DNA of 64,000 bases from Candidatus Binatia bacterium. GTDB taxonomy: Bacteria > Desulfobacterota > Binatia > UBA9968. Positions 39,329 to 49,101 of this stretch are shown one piece after another. The notes beneath the pieces are model-generated. The model ran no database searches and was not told the DNA's origin. It saw only the letters and a list, made by a program, of their open reading frames with translations. Made by a program: the position numbers and the translations under genes. Numbering within the stretch: position 1 is the stretch's first letter; each line of letters starts with the position of its first letter. The stretch covers positions 1,888 to 65,887 of the forward strand of contig DASXUF010000129.1 of NCBI GenBank assembly GCA_036504975.1, in the 5' to 3' direction.

Positions 39329-40807
39329 TTACTTGACGAAGAATCTAAGCGATTGGTTGGTGAAGGCGACCAGCGGGCCCCAGTAAATTCCAAACAGCAG
39401 AGTCATGGCGGAGAGCAGGCCGAGCATGACCGCGGCGCCCGCGTTCATCTGGACCTCGCCGTCCGCCGGCTCGGGGAAGTCGAGGAACATGACCTTGACG
39501 ACGCGGGCGTAGTAATAGAGCGAAATGACGCTGTTGACGACGGCGACGACGGCCAGCAGATAAAACTCTTGCTTGATCACCGCGGCAAAGAGAAAAAACT
39601 TGCCGATAAAACCGGCGAGCGGAGGAAGACCGGTGAGAGAAAAAAGAAAGATCGCCATCGCGACCGCCGGGACGGCGGCGCCGCGCCAGGCGAGGCCGCG
39701 GTAGACGTCGATGTCCTCCTTACCCGTCGCGTTGGCGACGACCACGACCACGAGGAAGGCGCCGAGATTCATGATGAGGTAAACGACGATATAAAACAGC
39801 ACCGCCTGGAGACCTTCGTTGTTGAGCACGACCAGTCCCATCAGAATGTAGCCGGCGTGCGCGATCCCCGAGTAGGCGAGCATGCGCTTGACGTTTTGCT
39901 GATTCAAAGCCGAGAGATTCCCCAAGGTCATCGTCACCATGCTCACCACGAGCAAAAATTGCGGCCACTCGACGCCGGAGATAAACTGCCAATCGCCGCC
40001 GGCGGCCGGATGCGACAACGCCGGAAAAAAGAAACGGACGAGAATCGCGACGCCCGCCGCGTTGGAGCCGACCGAGAGAAAGGCGGTGACCGGCGTCGGC
40101 GCGCCCTGGTAGACGTCCGGCGACCACATGTGGAACGGCACGAAAACGATCTTGTAGCCGAACCCCGCGAGGATGAAGACCAGCGCGATGAAAAGAGCGA
40201 GCCGGTTCGGCTGTCCTAGAACGAGCGCCTGATTAATCTGCGCGTAGTCGAGGCTCCCGGTCATGCCGAAGATCCAGCTCATGCCGTAGATCATGGCGCC
40301 CGATGCGACGCCGCCGTAGATCAGATATTTGAGCGCCGCTTCGCTAGAGCGCCGGTTGCGGGGCAAAAACCCCGTCAAAATATAGGAGGTGATGCTCACG
40401 AATTCCAGCGAGAGGTAAGCCATCAGCAAGTTAGTCGAGGAAGCCATGAAAAACATCCCGAGCGTGGAGCTGAGCAGGATCGCAAGGTATTCCCCCTGGT
40501 GCACCTGTTCGATCTCGCGGCTGGCTGAGGACATCCAGATAACCAAAATCGTGGCGGCGAGCGCGACCAGCTTGAAGAAGAGGCTGAAATTATCCAGAAC
40601 CATCATGCGGTGGAAGAGCCAGCCGCCGGAGGCGCCGTAGAGCTTCCACGTGAACCAGAGCGACACACCACACCCTGCGAAAGCCAGCAGAGCGGGAACT
40701 TTCTTATTCTTCAGGACAAGGTCCAGTAAGATAACGAGAAGAATCGTGCCGGTAAGAATCGCCTCCGGATAGAAATAGTCGAGACTTTCGAGATTTCCGA
40801 GGTCCAT
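39329..40807 (-). CDS. nuoN: NADH-quinone oxidoreductase subunit N (operon 2)
   Basis: 492-aa antiporter-like protein and the terminal gene of operon 2. Confidence 0.9.
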   Translation of the reverse strand: MDLGNLESLDYFYPEAILTGTILLVILLDLVLKNKKVPALLAFAGCGVSLWFTWKLYGASGGWLFHRMMVLDNFSLFFKLVALAATILVIWMSSASREIEQVHQGEYLAILLSSTLGMFFMASSTNLLMAYLSLEFVSITSYILTGFLPRNRRSSEAALKYLIYGGVASGAMIYGMSWIFGMTGSLDYAQINQALVLGQPNRLALFIALVFILAGFGYKIVFVPFHMWSPDVYQGAPTPVTAFLSVGSNAAGVAILVRFFFPALSHPAAGGDWQFISGVEWPQFLLVVSMVTMTLGNLSALNQQNVKRMLAYSGIAHAGYILMGLVVLNNEGLQAVLFYIVVYLIMNLGAFLVVVVVANATGKEDIDVYRGLAWRGAAVPAVAMAIFLFSLTGLPPLAGFIGKFFLFAAVIKQEFYLLAVVAVVNSVISLYYYARVVKVMFLDFPEPADGEVQMNAGAAVMLGLLSAMTLLFGIYWGPLVAFTNQSLRFFVK

Positions 40808-40813
40808 GGGAAT

Positions 40814-42334
40814 TTAGCTGAGATGCGGGATGACGATTTGATTGAGCTGGTCCAGCGAGGCGCGCAATAGATCGAGAACCACGCTCGGATAAACCCCGAC
40901 GATAATCACGATGATTCCGAGCGGGATCATGGTAAAAAGCTCCCGGCCGGTGATCTCCGGCAGCATCTTGTACTTCTCGTCGGCCGCGCCGAGAAAGACG
41001 CGCTGGATCGTCCAGAGGAGATATCCCGCGGTCAGGATCACGCCGGTCGCCGCGAACACGGTGAGGATGGTATATTTCTGCCACGATCCGAGCAACACCA
41101 GCACTTCCGAGATGAATCCCGAAAGGCCGGGCAATCCCATCGACGCGAATATCGCCAGCGCGCTGACGCCTGTGTAGAGCGGCATGATCGACGCCAGGCC
41201 GCCGAAGCCCTCGATGTCGCGGTGGTGGGCGCGGTCGTAAATAACGCCGACCATGAGAAAGAGCATGCCGGTGATGGTGCCGTGATTGAACATCTGCAAG
41301 ACCGCGCCGCTGATGCCCTGCGGCGTGAAGCTCGCCATGCCGAGCATGACGTAGCCCATGTGGCTCACGCTCGAGTACGCGACGAGCTTCTTGAAATCTT
41401 TTTGCGCCATGGCGCAGAGCGCGCCGTAAATGATGTTCCAGGTGCCGAGGGCGGCGAGGAAAACATACGCCAGGTCGGCGGTCGCCTGCGGGAGCATCGG
41501 GTAGTTGATCCTGAGAATTCCGTACGTCCCCATCTTCAAAAGAACCCCGGCCAGAATCACCGAGATCGCCGTCGGCGCCTCGACGTGAGCGTCCGGCAGC
41601 CAGGTGTGAAACGGAAAGGCGGGAATCTTGATCGCAAAGCCGATAAACAGCGCCATCCAGACGACGTGCTGGAATCCCCAGCGCAACTGATCGAACGGCC
41701 ACATGGAAAGCGGCGTCGTGGCGTACTTGCCGCTCCGGGCGATCAACTGCGTCATGTCGAACGTGTGCGGCTCGCTGGTGAAATAGAGCGCCAGGATCGC
41801 CAGCAGCATGAGCACGCTGCCGAAGAGCGTATAGAGAAAGAACTTGATCGCGGCGTACTCACGCCGCGGCCCGCCCCAGATGCCGATCAGGAAATACATC
41901 GGCAAGAGCATCACTTCCCAGAAAATGTAGAAGAGAAAGAAGTCGAGCGCGACAAAGACGCCCATCATGCCGGCGTCGAGCAGAAGAAAGAGCGCAAAGT
42001 AGCCTTTGACGCCCTTGTCGATCCCCCAGGAGGCGAAGATGCAAAGAAAACTCAAGAGCGCGGTCAGGAGCACCATCGAGATGCTGATGCCGTCGATGCC
42101 GACGAAATACTGGATGTTGTAAGCCGGAATCCAATCGACCTGCTCTTTGAACTGGAGACCTGGATTCGTTACGTCGAAATTGCGATAGAGCCAAATCCCG
42201 AGCAGCAGCGGGGGAACCGTGAAGATGGCCGACGTCCAGCGGATCAGACCGTGACGGTCGCTTGGCAGCAGGAGCACGACGAGCATGCCGGCCACGGGAA
42301 AAAAAACCATGTAGGTGAGAACGTGGTCTGTCAT
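40814..42334 (-). CDS. nuoM: NADH-quinone oxidoreductase subunit M (operon 2)
   Basis: 506-aa antiporter-like protein. Confidence 0.9.
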   Translation of the reverse strand: MTDHVLTYMVFFPVAGMLVVLLLPSDRHGLIRWTSAIFTVPPLLLGIWLYRNFDVTNPGLQFKEQVDWIPAYNIQYFVGIDGISISMVLLTALLSFLCIFASWGIDKGVKGYFALFLLLDAGMMGVFVALDFFLFYIFWEVMLLPMYFLIGIWGGPRREYAAIKFFLYTLFGSVLMLLAILALYFTSEPHTFDMTQLIARSGKYATTPLSMWPFDQLRWGFQHVVWMALFIGFAIKIPAFPFHTWLPDAHVEAPTAISVILAGVLLKMGTYGILRINYPMLPQATADLAYVFLAALGTWNIIYGALCAMAQKDFKKLVAYSSVSHMGYVMLGMASFTPQGISGAVLQMFNHGTITGMLFLMVGVIYDRAHHRDIEGFGGLASIMPLYTGVSALAIFASMGLPGLSGFISEVLVLLGSWQKYTILTVFAATGVILTAGYLLWTIQRVFLGAADEKYKMLPEITGRELFTMIPLGIIVIIVGVYPSVVLDLLRASLDQLNQIVIPHLS

Positions 42335-42355
42335 ATTTCGCTTCCCCCATTCGAA

Positions 42356-44398
42356 TCAGCTCGAATAGCGCAACTTGATGATGATCGCCACCACTACCGC
42401 GGCGAGAATCACGTACAGGTAGCTGTTGATGTTGCCGGTCTGGACCTTTCTGAATTTGTTGCCCATTCCGAATGTGACGTTCGCCAGGGCGTTGACGATG
42501 CCGTCGATGATGTAGTTGTCGAAAAGGCCGTTCAGCCAGGAGACGAACGCCGTCGCCTTGGCCGATCCATCGACGATGCCGTCGATGATGTGCTGGTCGA
42601 TCCAGACGCCGATGCGGGCGAGCAGCAGCGTCCCGCCGACAAAAACGAACTGATAAAATTCGTCCCAATAATATTTGTTGTTGAACAGCCGGTAAAATAG
42701 CCCGCCGGCGAGAGAGGAAAAGCGCTCCGGCGACAGCGCTTGCTTGTAGTACATGAGGTAGGCGAGGAAAACGCCGAACGCGGCGACGCCGACCGATATT
42801 CCCATCAAGCTCAGCTCCTCGGCCGCCGAGGCGTGGACTTCGTGATGTCCGCCCAAAACCGGTTCGAGCCAATGGGCAAAAAGATTCGGGCCGAAGACCG
42901 CCGGCAGGCCGATCCAGCCAGCGACGATCGCGCCGATCGCGAGCACGACGAGCGGCAGCGTCATCACCTTCGGCGACTCGTGCAGATGTTCCTTCGTGTG
43001 GTGGTCGGCGCGGCACTCGCCGAAGAAGACCATGAACACCTGGCGGAACATGTAGAACGCCGTCAGGCCGGCGCAAACGACGCCCAGTAGCCAGAGCCGG
43101 ACCGAGCCGTGCTCGCTGGAAAAGGCCTGCCAGAGAATCTCATCCTTGGAAAAAAATCCGGACAATCCCGGCACGCCGGCGATCGCCAGGACCGAGATGG
43201 TGAAAGTTGCAAAGGTCGCCGGCATGTACTTTCTGAGCCCGCCCATCTTTCTCATGTCCTGCTCTCCGCCCATGGCGTGGATTACGCTGCCCGAGCCGAG
43301 AAATAGACAGGCTTTGAAGAACGCGTGCGTCATCAGGTGAAAAATCGCCGCGCCGTAAGCCGCGACGCCCGCGGCCAAAAACATGTAGCCGAGCTGGCTG
43401 ATGGTGGAATAGGCGAGCACGCGCTTGATGTCGGTCTGGGTGAGCGCGATCGTCGCCGCCATGAGCGCGGTGGCGACGCCGATGCCCGCGACGATCGACA
43501 GCGTGAACGGGGCCATGGAAAAGAGAAAATTCAGCCGGGCGATCATGTAAACGCCCGCGGTAACCATCGTGGCGGCGTGGATGAGCGCGCTGACCGGCGT
43601 CGGGCCCTGCATCGCGTCGGGAAGCCAGACATGGAGAGGAATCTGCGCCGACTTTCCCGTGGCGCCGACAAAGAGAAACAACGTCGCCAGCGTGACCACG
43701 CCGATTCCCCAGATCTGCTGGCCCTGGAGCAGCGCAGCGTGCTTCGCGATCTCACGGAACGTGACGGTCGCGTGGCCTTGCTGGTCCAAGGACCAGAAGA
43801 CCAAGAAGATTCCCAGTATGAAGCCGAAGTCGCCGACGCGGTTGACGATAAAAGCTTTGTTGCCGGCGCGCGTGTTCGTGTGGTCGTGGTACCAAAAGCC
43901 GATCAGCGCCCAGGAGCAGAGGCCGACGCCCTCCCAGCCGATGAACATCAAGAGCAGGCTGTCCGCCGTGACGAGCAGCAGCATCGAGAAGGTAAACAGA
44001 TTGAGGAAAGCGAAGTAGCGCCAGTACGAGCGGTCGTCGTGCATGTAGCCGATCGAATAGATATGGATGAGGCCGCCGATGCCGGTGACGACGAGGATCA
44101 TCACTGCGGACAGCGGATCGACCCAGAAAGAGACGTCGACGTTGAGCGAGGCGAGCGAAAGCCAGGAATAAACTTTGTCGATCAGAAAGCGCTCTTCGGG
44201 CTTGAGCGCAAGGAGCTTGAAGAAGGCGGCGAGAGACAGCGCAAACGACAGCACGACCGGCGCGCAGGCGACGAGACTCACCCACCACTTGCCGATCCGC
44301 TTCTGTAACGGCGCTCCGAGGAGGCCGTTCAACGCGGCGCCGATCAGCGGCAGGAGAACGATCCACCTCAAATAATCTGTCTGAATCGGATGTTCCAT
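42356..44398 (-). CDS. nuoL: NADH-quinone oxidoreductase subunit L (operon 2)
   Basis: The 793-aa track ORF is trimmed to MEHPIQTDYLRWIVLLPLIGA (ATG at 44398), giving 680 aa. The upstream part runs through nuoK2 out of frame. Confidence 0.9.
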   Translation of the reverse strand: MEHPIQTDYLRWIVLLPLIGAALNGLLGAPLQKRIGKWWVSLVACAPVVLSFALSLAAFFKLLALKPEERFLIDKVYSWLSLASLNVDVSFWVDPLSAVMILVVTGIGGLIHIYSIGYMHDDRSYWRYFAFLNLFTFSMLLLVTADSLLLMFIGWEGVGLCSWALIGFWYHDHTNTRAGNKAFIVNRVGDFGFILGIFLVFWSLDQQGHATVTFREIAKHAALLQGQQIWGIGVVTLATLFLFVGATGKSAQIPLHVWLPDAMQGPTPVSALIHAATMVTAGVYMIARLNFLFSMAPFTLSIVAGIGVATALMAATIALTQTDIKRVLAYSTISQLGYMFLAAGVAAYGAAIFHLMTHAFFKACLFLGSGSVIHAMGGEQDMRKMGGLRKYMPATFATFTISVLAIAGVPGLSGFFSKDEILWQAFSSEHGSVRLWLLGVVCAGLTAFYMFRQVFMVFFGECRADHHTKEHLHESPKVMTLPLVVLAIGAIVAGWIGLPAVFGPNLFAHWLEPVLGGHHEVHASAAEELSLMGISVGVAAFGVFLAYLMYYKQALSPERFSSLAGGLFYRLFNNKYYWDEFYQFVFVGGTLLLARIGVWIDQHIIDGIVDGSAKATAFVSWLNGLFDNYIIDGIVNALANVTFGMGNKFRKVQTGNINSYLYVILAAVVVAIIIKLRYSS

Positions 44399-44409
44399 CT
44401 TTACCCAAA

Positions 44410-44470
44410 AAGGATGAAGGATAAAGGATGAAGGATGAAATTTTCCTCTGTTTTTTCCGCCTTCATCCTT
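44410..44470 (-). repeat. Intercistronic hairpin between nuoK2 and nuoL2 built from GGATGAAGG direct and inverted repeats
   Basis: AAGGATGAAGG occurs at 44410 and again from 44424. The complementary CCTTCATCCTT is at 44460..44470. Confidence 0.6.
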
Positions 44471-44475
44471 CCGCC

Positions 44476-44784
44476 TTATTCCTTTAGCGTTTCCATCGCG
44501 CCGACGTCGATCGTGTGGAAGATCTGGAAAATCGCCAGCACGATGGCGAGCCCGACGGCGGCCTCGGCCGCCGCCAGCATGATGACGAAGATCGCGTAAA
44601 TCTGACCGTCCACGCCGCCGCTGCTGTAATGCGCGAAGGCGACGTAGTTTATATTCGCCGAATTTAAGATCAGCTCCACTCCCATCAACACGCTGATCGC
44701 GTTCCGCCGCGTGAGCACGGTGTAAAGACCGAGGCAAAAGACGGTCGCGCCGAGAATCAGGTAATGAGTGAGCCCGATCTCCAC
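44476..44784 (-). CDS. nuoK: NADH-quinone oxidoreductase subunit K (operon 2)
   Basis: 102 aa, MEIGLTHYLILGATVFCLGLYTVLTRRN.... Confidence 0.9.
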   Translation of the reverse strand: MEIGLTHYLILGATVFCLGLYTVLTRRNAISVLMGVELILNSANINYVAFAHYSSGGVDGQIYAIFVIMLAAAEAAVGLAIVLAIFQIFHTIDVGAMETLKE

Positions 44785-44864
44785 TTAAAAATCTCCCAAA
44801 GGCGGCCGCTCGCGGCGCGAGTCACCTCGCCGAAGCATCTCCAACCTTCTCCCTTCCCTCGAAT

Positions 44865-44964
44865 GAAAGCCGCTGCCCGTTCGAAGAGCCCGCGCATCCG
44901 ATGACCGCCGGTCGGAATAACCACGAACCCATTGCGCGGGCTCGGAGAGCGGGTGGCGGCTTTC
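44865..44964 (-). repeat. H1 nested-hairpin element (second full copy) in the nuoJ2-nuoK2 spacer
   Basis: A 9-bp outer stem pairs 44865..44873 with 44956..44964. An 11-bp inner stem pairs 44886..44896 with 44933..44943. It has the same loop motifs as the groEL copy. Confidence 0.65.
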
Positions 44965-44969
44965 GTTCG

Positions 44970-45470
44970 TCACTCCTTAATTTCCTTCCGCGCCAGGACC
45001 ACGGCGCCGATCAGCGCCGCGAGCAAGACCAACGAGGCCAGCTCGAAGGGCAGCAGATATTCTTGCAGAAACATGTCGCCGATTTTCGCCGAGGTCGGAG
45101 CATAAACGATCTCCTTCGCCTTCGCCCAGGGGGTCTCCCGGATCGTCTGGATCAAAAGCGCCAGCAGCACCGCGACGAGCACGAGCCCCGGAATTCTTCC
45201 CGCCGCGCGGTTGGTAATCTGCACGTCGGTAATTCTGTGCGTGAGCATCACCGCGAAGAGGATCAGGACGAGGATGCCGCCGACGTAGATCAAAAGCTGC
45301 ACGGCGGCCACGAAGTCCGCGCCCAAGAGGACGTAGATCCCGGCCACGCCGGCGAAGGTCCCGAGAAGAGAAAAAGCCGAGTATATGATATTGCGCGAGA
45401 ACGCCACCATCGCGGCGGAGCCGACCGTGACGATAGCAACCAGATAGAAGACTGCCGTGGCAAGTTCCAT
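44970..45470 (-). CDS. nuoJ: NADH-quinone oxidoreductase subunit J (operon 2)
   Basis: 166-aa membrane protein, syntenic. Confidence 0.9.
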   Translation of the reverse strand: MELATAVFYLVAIVTVGSAAMVAFSRNIIYSAFSLLGTFAGVAGIYVLLGADFVAAVQLLIYVGGILVLILFAVMLTHRITDVQITNRAAGRIPGLVLVAVLLALLIQTIRETPWAKAKEIVYAPTSAKIGDMFLQEYLLPFELASLVLLAALIGAVVLARKEIKE

Positions 45471-45583
45471 AAATTCGTCTCGCGCTTAAAAAAAATCCCA
45501 AAAAGCCGAAGCTTTTTGGGTCAGTGAATTACGATCGGGAATCGAGGACGGCGACCGGCCGATGCGCCGGACTCATCAACCAT

Positions 45584-46141
45584 CTATCCCTCTCCCGCTC
45601 CGGCCGCTCCCGTTCCCTCCGGAGTGGCAAACTCGTCCAGATACTTTTGTCCGATCTCGACCTTCTTGGCCATGGTCGGATCCGTCTCGCCGCCCTTCTT
45701 GGGCTTATAAAGCGATACCGGCTCCGTGACAAAGTGGCGCACCAGACCGGCCGGGTTATAGCTCGCGCCTTCGAACTCTTGCGAATGGCGAATCGACCCT
45801 GTCGGACAGATCTCCGCACAGAGACCGCAGTACATGCACTTGCAGATGTCGATGTCGAAGTGGCTGAAGCTACGCTGCTTGGTCTCTTTGTTCATGTCGA
45901 TGCCGATCGTGATGCAAGTAATCGGGCACACCCTCTCGCAGGCGAGACAGCCGGTGCAGATGTCCATATCCACTTCGAGAATTCCGCGGTAGCGGAGCGG
46001 CAGCGTCTCCTGGACCGGTTTTTCGATCCGGTCGGGATACTGGATCGTCATCGGCCGGCGCACCAGATGCGATAGGGTGATCGACATCCCTTCGAAAATC
46101 GTCGTCACGGTCTCGAAGATGTTTTTTAGATATGCTCCCAT
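45584..46141 (-). CDS. nuoI: NADH-quinone oxidoreductase subunit I (2x[4Fe-4S] ferredoxin-type)
   Basis: 185 aa with two CxxCxxCxxxCP motifs (CTGCLACERVCP and CMYCGLCAEICP). This is the only nuoI in the window. Confidence 0.9.
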   Translation of the reverse strand: MGAYLKNIFETVTTIFEGMSITLSHLVRRPMTIQYPDRIEKPVQETLPLRYRGILEVDMDICTGCLACERVCPITCITIGIDMNKETKQRSFSHFDIDICKCMYCGLCAEICPTGSIRHSQEFEGASYNPAGLVRHFVTEPVSLYKPKKGGETDPTMAKKVEIGQKYLDEFATPEGTGAAGAGEG

Positions 46142-46189
46142 ATTGTTCTAGTGGATATTTCAGTCGGAATAGAAAGTCAAAGCCTTCGC

Positions 46190-47386
46190 CTAAATATACG
46201 GCTTCAGGTAGAGCTCCGGCCGCGAGTGGCGGATCTGGTAGCCCACGCGCTTAGCGAACAAAGCCAGGATTGCCGTGCCAATGACGAACATCGCGACGCT
46301 GGCCCATCGGTTTCCCTGCGGCCAGACGACCATCCAGGCCGCGGTGCCGATCACGCAGAGAAACGAAAGCGGCACCATGTACTTCCAGCAGAGCGCCATC
46401 AATTGATCGACCCTGACGCGCGGCAAAGTCGCGCGCACCCACATGGATACAAAGACCCAGAGATACGCCTTTAGGAAGAATACACCGAACTGGAGAATGC
46501 CCAGGACGATCGGCTGATCCGTTACCCAGGGTATATTGGGCACCTGCCAGCCGCCGAGAAAAAGAATCGTCGCCACGGAGCCGATGACGTAGAGGTTGCC
46601 CCACTCGGCGAAGAAAAAAAATAAAAAGCGCATGCCGCTGTACTCGGTCACGTAGCCGGCGACGAGTTCCGACTCCGCCTCCGGGATATCGAACGGCGTG
46701 CGGTTGCCCTCGGCGAGCGCCGAGGTGAAGAAGAGGAAGAAGGCGACGAAGGTGAACGGATTGTAAAATAGATACCAATCCCAGGGCGCCCAGCCCTGGG
46801 CCTGGATGATCCCTTGCGTGCTCATGGTGCCGGCGACGAAGATGATCGTCAGCACGGAAAGGCCGGCGGGAATTTCGTAGCTCACGATTTGCGCCGCCGA
46901 GCGCATGCCGCCGAGCAGCGACCATTTGTTGTTCGACGACCAGCCGGCCATCAGGATGCCGACGACGACGATCGACGTGACCGCGAGTAGATAAAGGATG
47001 CCGATGTTGAGATCGGCGACGATCAGCGCGCCGCCGAAGGGAATCACGACGAAGGTGCACAAAAATCCGACAAAAACGATATAGGGCGCGAGCGGGAAAA
47101 GAATCTTGTCCGCGGCCGTCGGGATGATGTCCTCTTTGAGTAGATTTTTGATGCCGTCGGCGATCCACTGCAAAATCCCTTGCGGTCCGACGCGATTGGG
47201 ACCGACGCGCGACTGCATCCGCGCCCACACCCGCCGCTCGAGCCAGCTCGTCACGCCCGCGAGCGGCGCGACGAAGAAAGAGAGGACGGCGAAGGCCACG
47301 AGGATCATTGCCAGGGCATAGACGACTTGAGGCGGCACTCCCGGAAAGTAGCCTTGCTGGATCAACTGATCGACAAATTCCCGCAT
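46190..47386 (-). CDS. nuoH: NADH-quinone oxidoreductase subunit H (operon 2)
   Basis: 398 aa with NuoH blocks (SNNKWSLLGGMRSAAQIVSYEI, PFDIPEAESELVAGY). Confidence 0.9.
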   Translation of the reverse strand: MREFVDQLIQQGYFPGVPPQVVYALAMILVAFAVLSFFVAPLAGVTSWLERRVWARMQSRVGPNRVGPQGILQWIADGIKNLLKEDIIPTAADKILFPLAPYIVFVGFLCTFVVIPFGGALIVADLNIGILYLLAVTSIVVVGILMAGWSSNNKWSLLGGMRSAAQIVSYEIPAGLSVLTIIFVAGTMSTQGIIQAQGWAPWDWYLFYNPFTFVAFFLFFTSALAEGNRTPFDIPEAESELVAGYVTEYSGMRFLFFFFAEWGNLYVIGSVATILFLGGWQVPNIPWVTDQPIVLGILQFGVFFLKAYLWVFVSMWVRATLPRVRVDQLMALCWKYMVPLSFLCVIGTAAWMVVWPQGNRWASVAMFVIGTAILALFAKRVGYQIRHSRPELYLKPYI

Positions 47387-47393
47387 GATTTTC

Positions 47394-48536
47394 TCAGCGA
47401 TCGATTTCAGGCGCGTCCACGTCGAGGCTGGCGATGAGAGCGATCAAGTCGGCGACCATGATGCCGCGGCTCAGCTTGTCGATGATGCCCATCGCCGTGA
47501 ACGACCCGGTGCGGATTCTCACGCGATACGGATACTCGCTGCCGTCGCTCACGACGTAAAAGCCCATGTCGCCGCGCGGCGCTTCGACCCGGACGTACGC
47601 CTCGCCCGCGGGCGGCTTGAACTTGCGCGCGACCTTGGAGATCGCCGGCCCCTTGGGTATCATCTTGAGGCACTGGCGGAGAATCTTGCAGCTCTCTTCC
47701 AGCTCGCGGATGCGCACCCAGTAACGGTCGTAGCAATCTCCCAGCGTGCCTATGGCGCCAGTGCCGACGGGAACATCAAATTCCAGTTCCGGGTAAACGG
47801 AGTAAGGAATATCTCTACGGACGTCCCACTTGACGCCGCACGCGCGGAGGTTCGGCCCGACGAGGTTGTACTGAAAGGCCTCTTCTTTGGTGATCGCGGC
47901 GACGTCGGCGAGCCGCTCGATGTAAATTTTATTGTACGAGAGCAAACGGTTGTATTCGTCGATGATCGGCTCGAAATGATCGAGAAACACGGTGATCTTG
48001 GCGCAGATCTCGGGCGTGATGTCGTAGCCGACGCCGCCGATGCGAATGTAATTGTACGTCAGCCGCGCGCCGCAGATCTCTTCCATTAAATCGTTGATCG
48101 TCTCGCGCTCGCGGAGCGCGTGGAGAAACGGCGTGATCGCGCCGATATCCTGGCCGAACGTGCCGACGGAGATGAGGTGGCTCGCGAGACGGTTGAGCTC
48201 GCAGGCGATGACGCGACAGAATTCCCCGCGGCGCGTGACTTCGGTGTTGCCGAGCTTCTCCGCCGCCATGCAGAAGCCCTGGTTGGCGAACATCGCCGCG
48301 AGATAATCGGCGCGGTCGGTGTACGGCACATAGCCGTGCCAGGTGCACTTCTCGCCGATCTTCTCGATCGAGCGATGGAGATAGCCGACGTCGGGGATCG
48401 CGTCCTTGATCACCTCGCCGTCGGTCCGGACCACGAAGCGCAGCACCCCGTGCGTGCTCGGGTGCTGCGGACCGACGCTGATGGTCATGTCCTCGGTGTG
48501 GAAAGCCTCGCTCTCGGGAACAACCGCTTCGCTCAT
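47394..48536 (-). CDS. nuoD: NADH-quinone oxidoreductase subunit D (operon 2)
   Basis: 380 aa with GPQHPSTHGVLR and a C-terminus of ...SLDVDAPEIDR. Confidence 0.9.
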   Translation of the reverse strand: MSEAVVPESEAFHTEDMTISVGPQHPSTHGVLRFVVRTDGEVIKDAIPDVGYLHRSIEKIGEKCTWHGYVPYTDRADYLAAMFANQGFCMAAEKLGNTEVTRRGEFCRVIACELNRLASHLISVGTFGQDIGAITPFLHALRERETINDLMEEICGARLTYNYIRIGGVGYDITPEICAKITVFLDHFEPIIDEYNRLLSYNKIYIERLADVAAITKEEAFQYNLVGPNLRACGVKWDVRRDIPYSVYPELEFDVPVGTGAIGTLGDCYDRYWVRIRELEESCKILRQCLKMIPKGPAISKVARKFKPPAGEAYVRVEAPRGDMGFYVVSDGSEYPYRVRIRTGSFTAMGIIDKLSRGIMVADLIALIASLDVDAPEIDR

Positions 48537-48558
48537 TTTAAAATCCGTGCTGACCTTG

Positions 48559-48581
48559 CCTGTCCTGAGCTAGCCGAAGGA
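48559..48581. repeat. REP-a unit (CCTGTCCTGAGCTAGCCGAAGGA) between nuoC2 and nuoD2
   Basis: It has the same core as 14231..14254. Confidence 0.6.
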
Positions 48582-48591
48582 TCGAAGCACC

Positions 48592-49101
48592 TCAGCGCAA
48601 TAATTTTTCCACCAGCGGCGCCCGCTGCGTGCTGATGCCGTCGTACTCTTCCTGCTCGACGTAGTCTTTGCGCAGCGGATGGCCGACCCAGTCCTCCGGC
48701 AGCATGATTCTGCGAAGGTCGCTGTGGCCTTCGAAAATCACGCCGAAAAGATCGAAGACCTCGCGCTCGAACCAGTTGGCCGCCTTCCAGACGCCCTCCA
48801 TCGTGGCGATGCTGGGCGTGCCCTCCCGCGGCAGATCGGCTTTCAGGACGATCTGGTGACGCTTGGAATAGGAATAGAGATGGTAGACGACCTGGAACTT
48901 GTCCTCTTTGGAAAGGTCGAGGGCGGTCAGATCGGAAAGAACTTCGAAAGCCGTTTCGGGATCGTCCCTGAGGTAGCGGCAGACATCGACGACGGCCCGG
49001 GCGTCGACGTTGAGACACGGGTCGATGACGTCGCCGCGAAAGTTGCCAACTTTGCCCGGAAACTGCCGCTCCAGCTTATTGTAGATCTCTTGGGCCTCCA
49101 C
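48592..49101 (-). CDS. nuoC: NADH-quinone oxidoreductase subunit C (operon 2)
   Basis: 169 aa with the NWFEREVFDLFGVIFEGHSDLRRIM motif. Confidence 0.9.
   Translation of the reverse strand: MEAQEIYNKLERQFPGKVGNFRGDVIDPCLNVDARAVVDVCRYLRDDPETAFEVLSDLTALDLSKEDKFQVVYHLYSYSKRHQIVLKADLPREGTPSIATMEGVWKAANWFEREVFDLFGVIFEGHSDLRRIMLPEDWVGHPLRKDYVEQEEYDGISTQRAPLVEKLLR

Noticed and set aside
44400-44475. Short GGATGAAGG repeats resembling a mini CRISPR or tandem array.
   Set aside because: There are only two or three 9-11-nt units with an inverted partner. They form a single intercistronic hairpin. There are no spacers and no cas genes.
42356-44737. 793-aa ORF for NuoL2, and 514-aa (56362..57906) and 391-aa (5818..6993) ORFs with long N-terminal extensions.
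   Set aside because: The extensions run into the upstream genes or intergenic DNA and are Arg-rich nonsense. Internal starts give canonical N-termini (MEHPIQTDYLRW, MSRSYEQLKQ, MTLHQLKVF).
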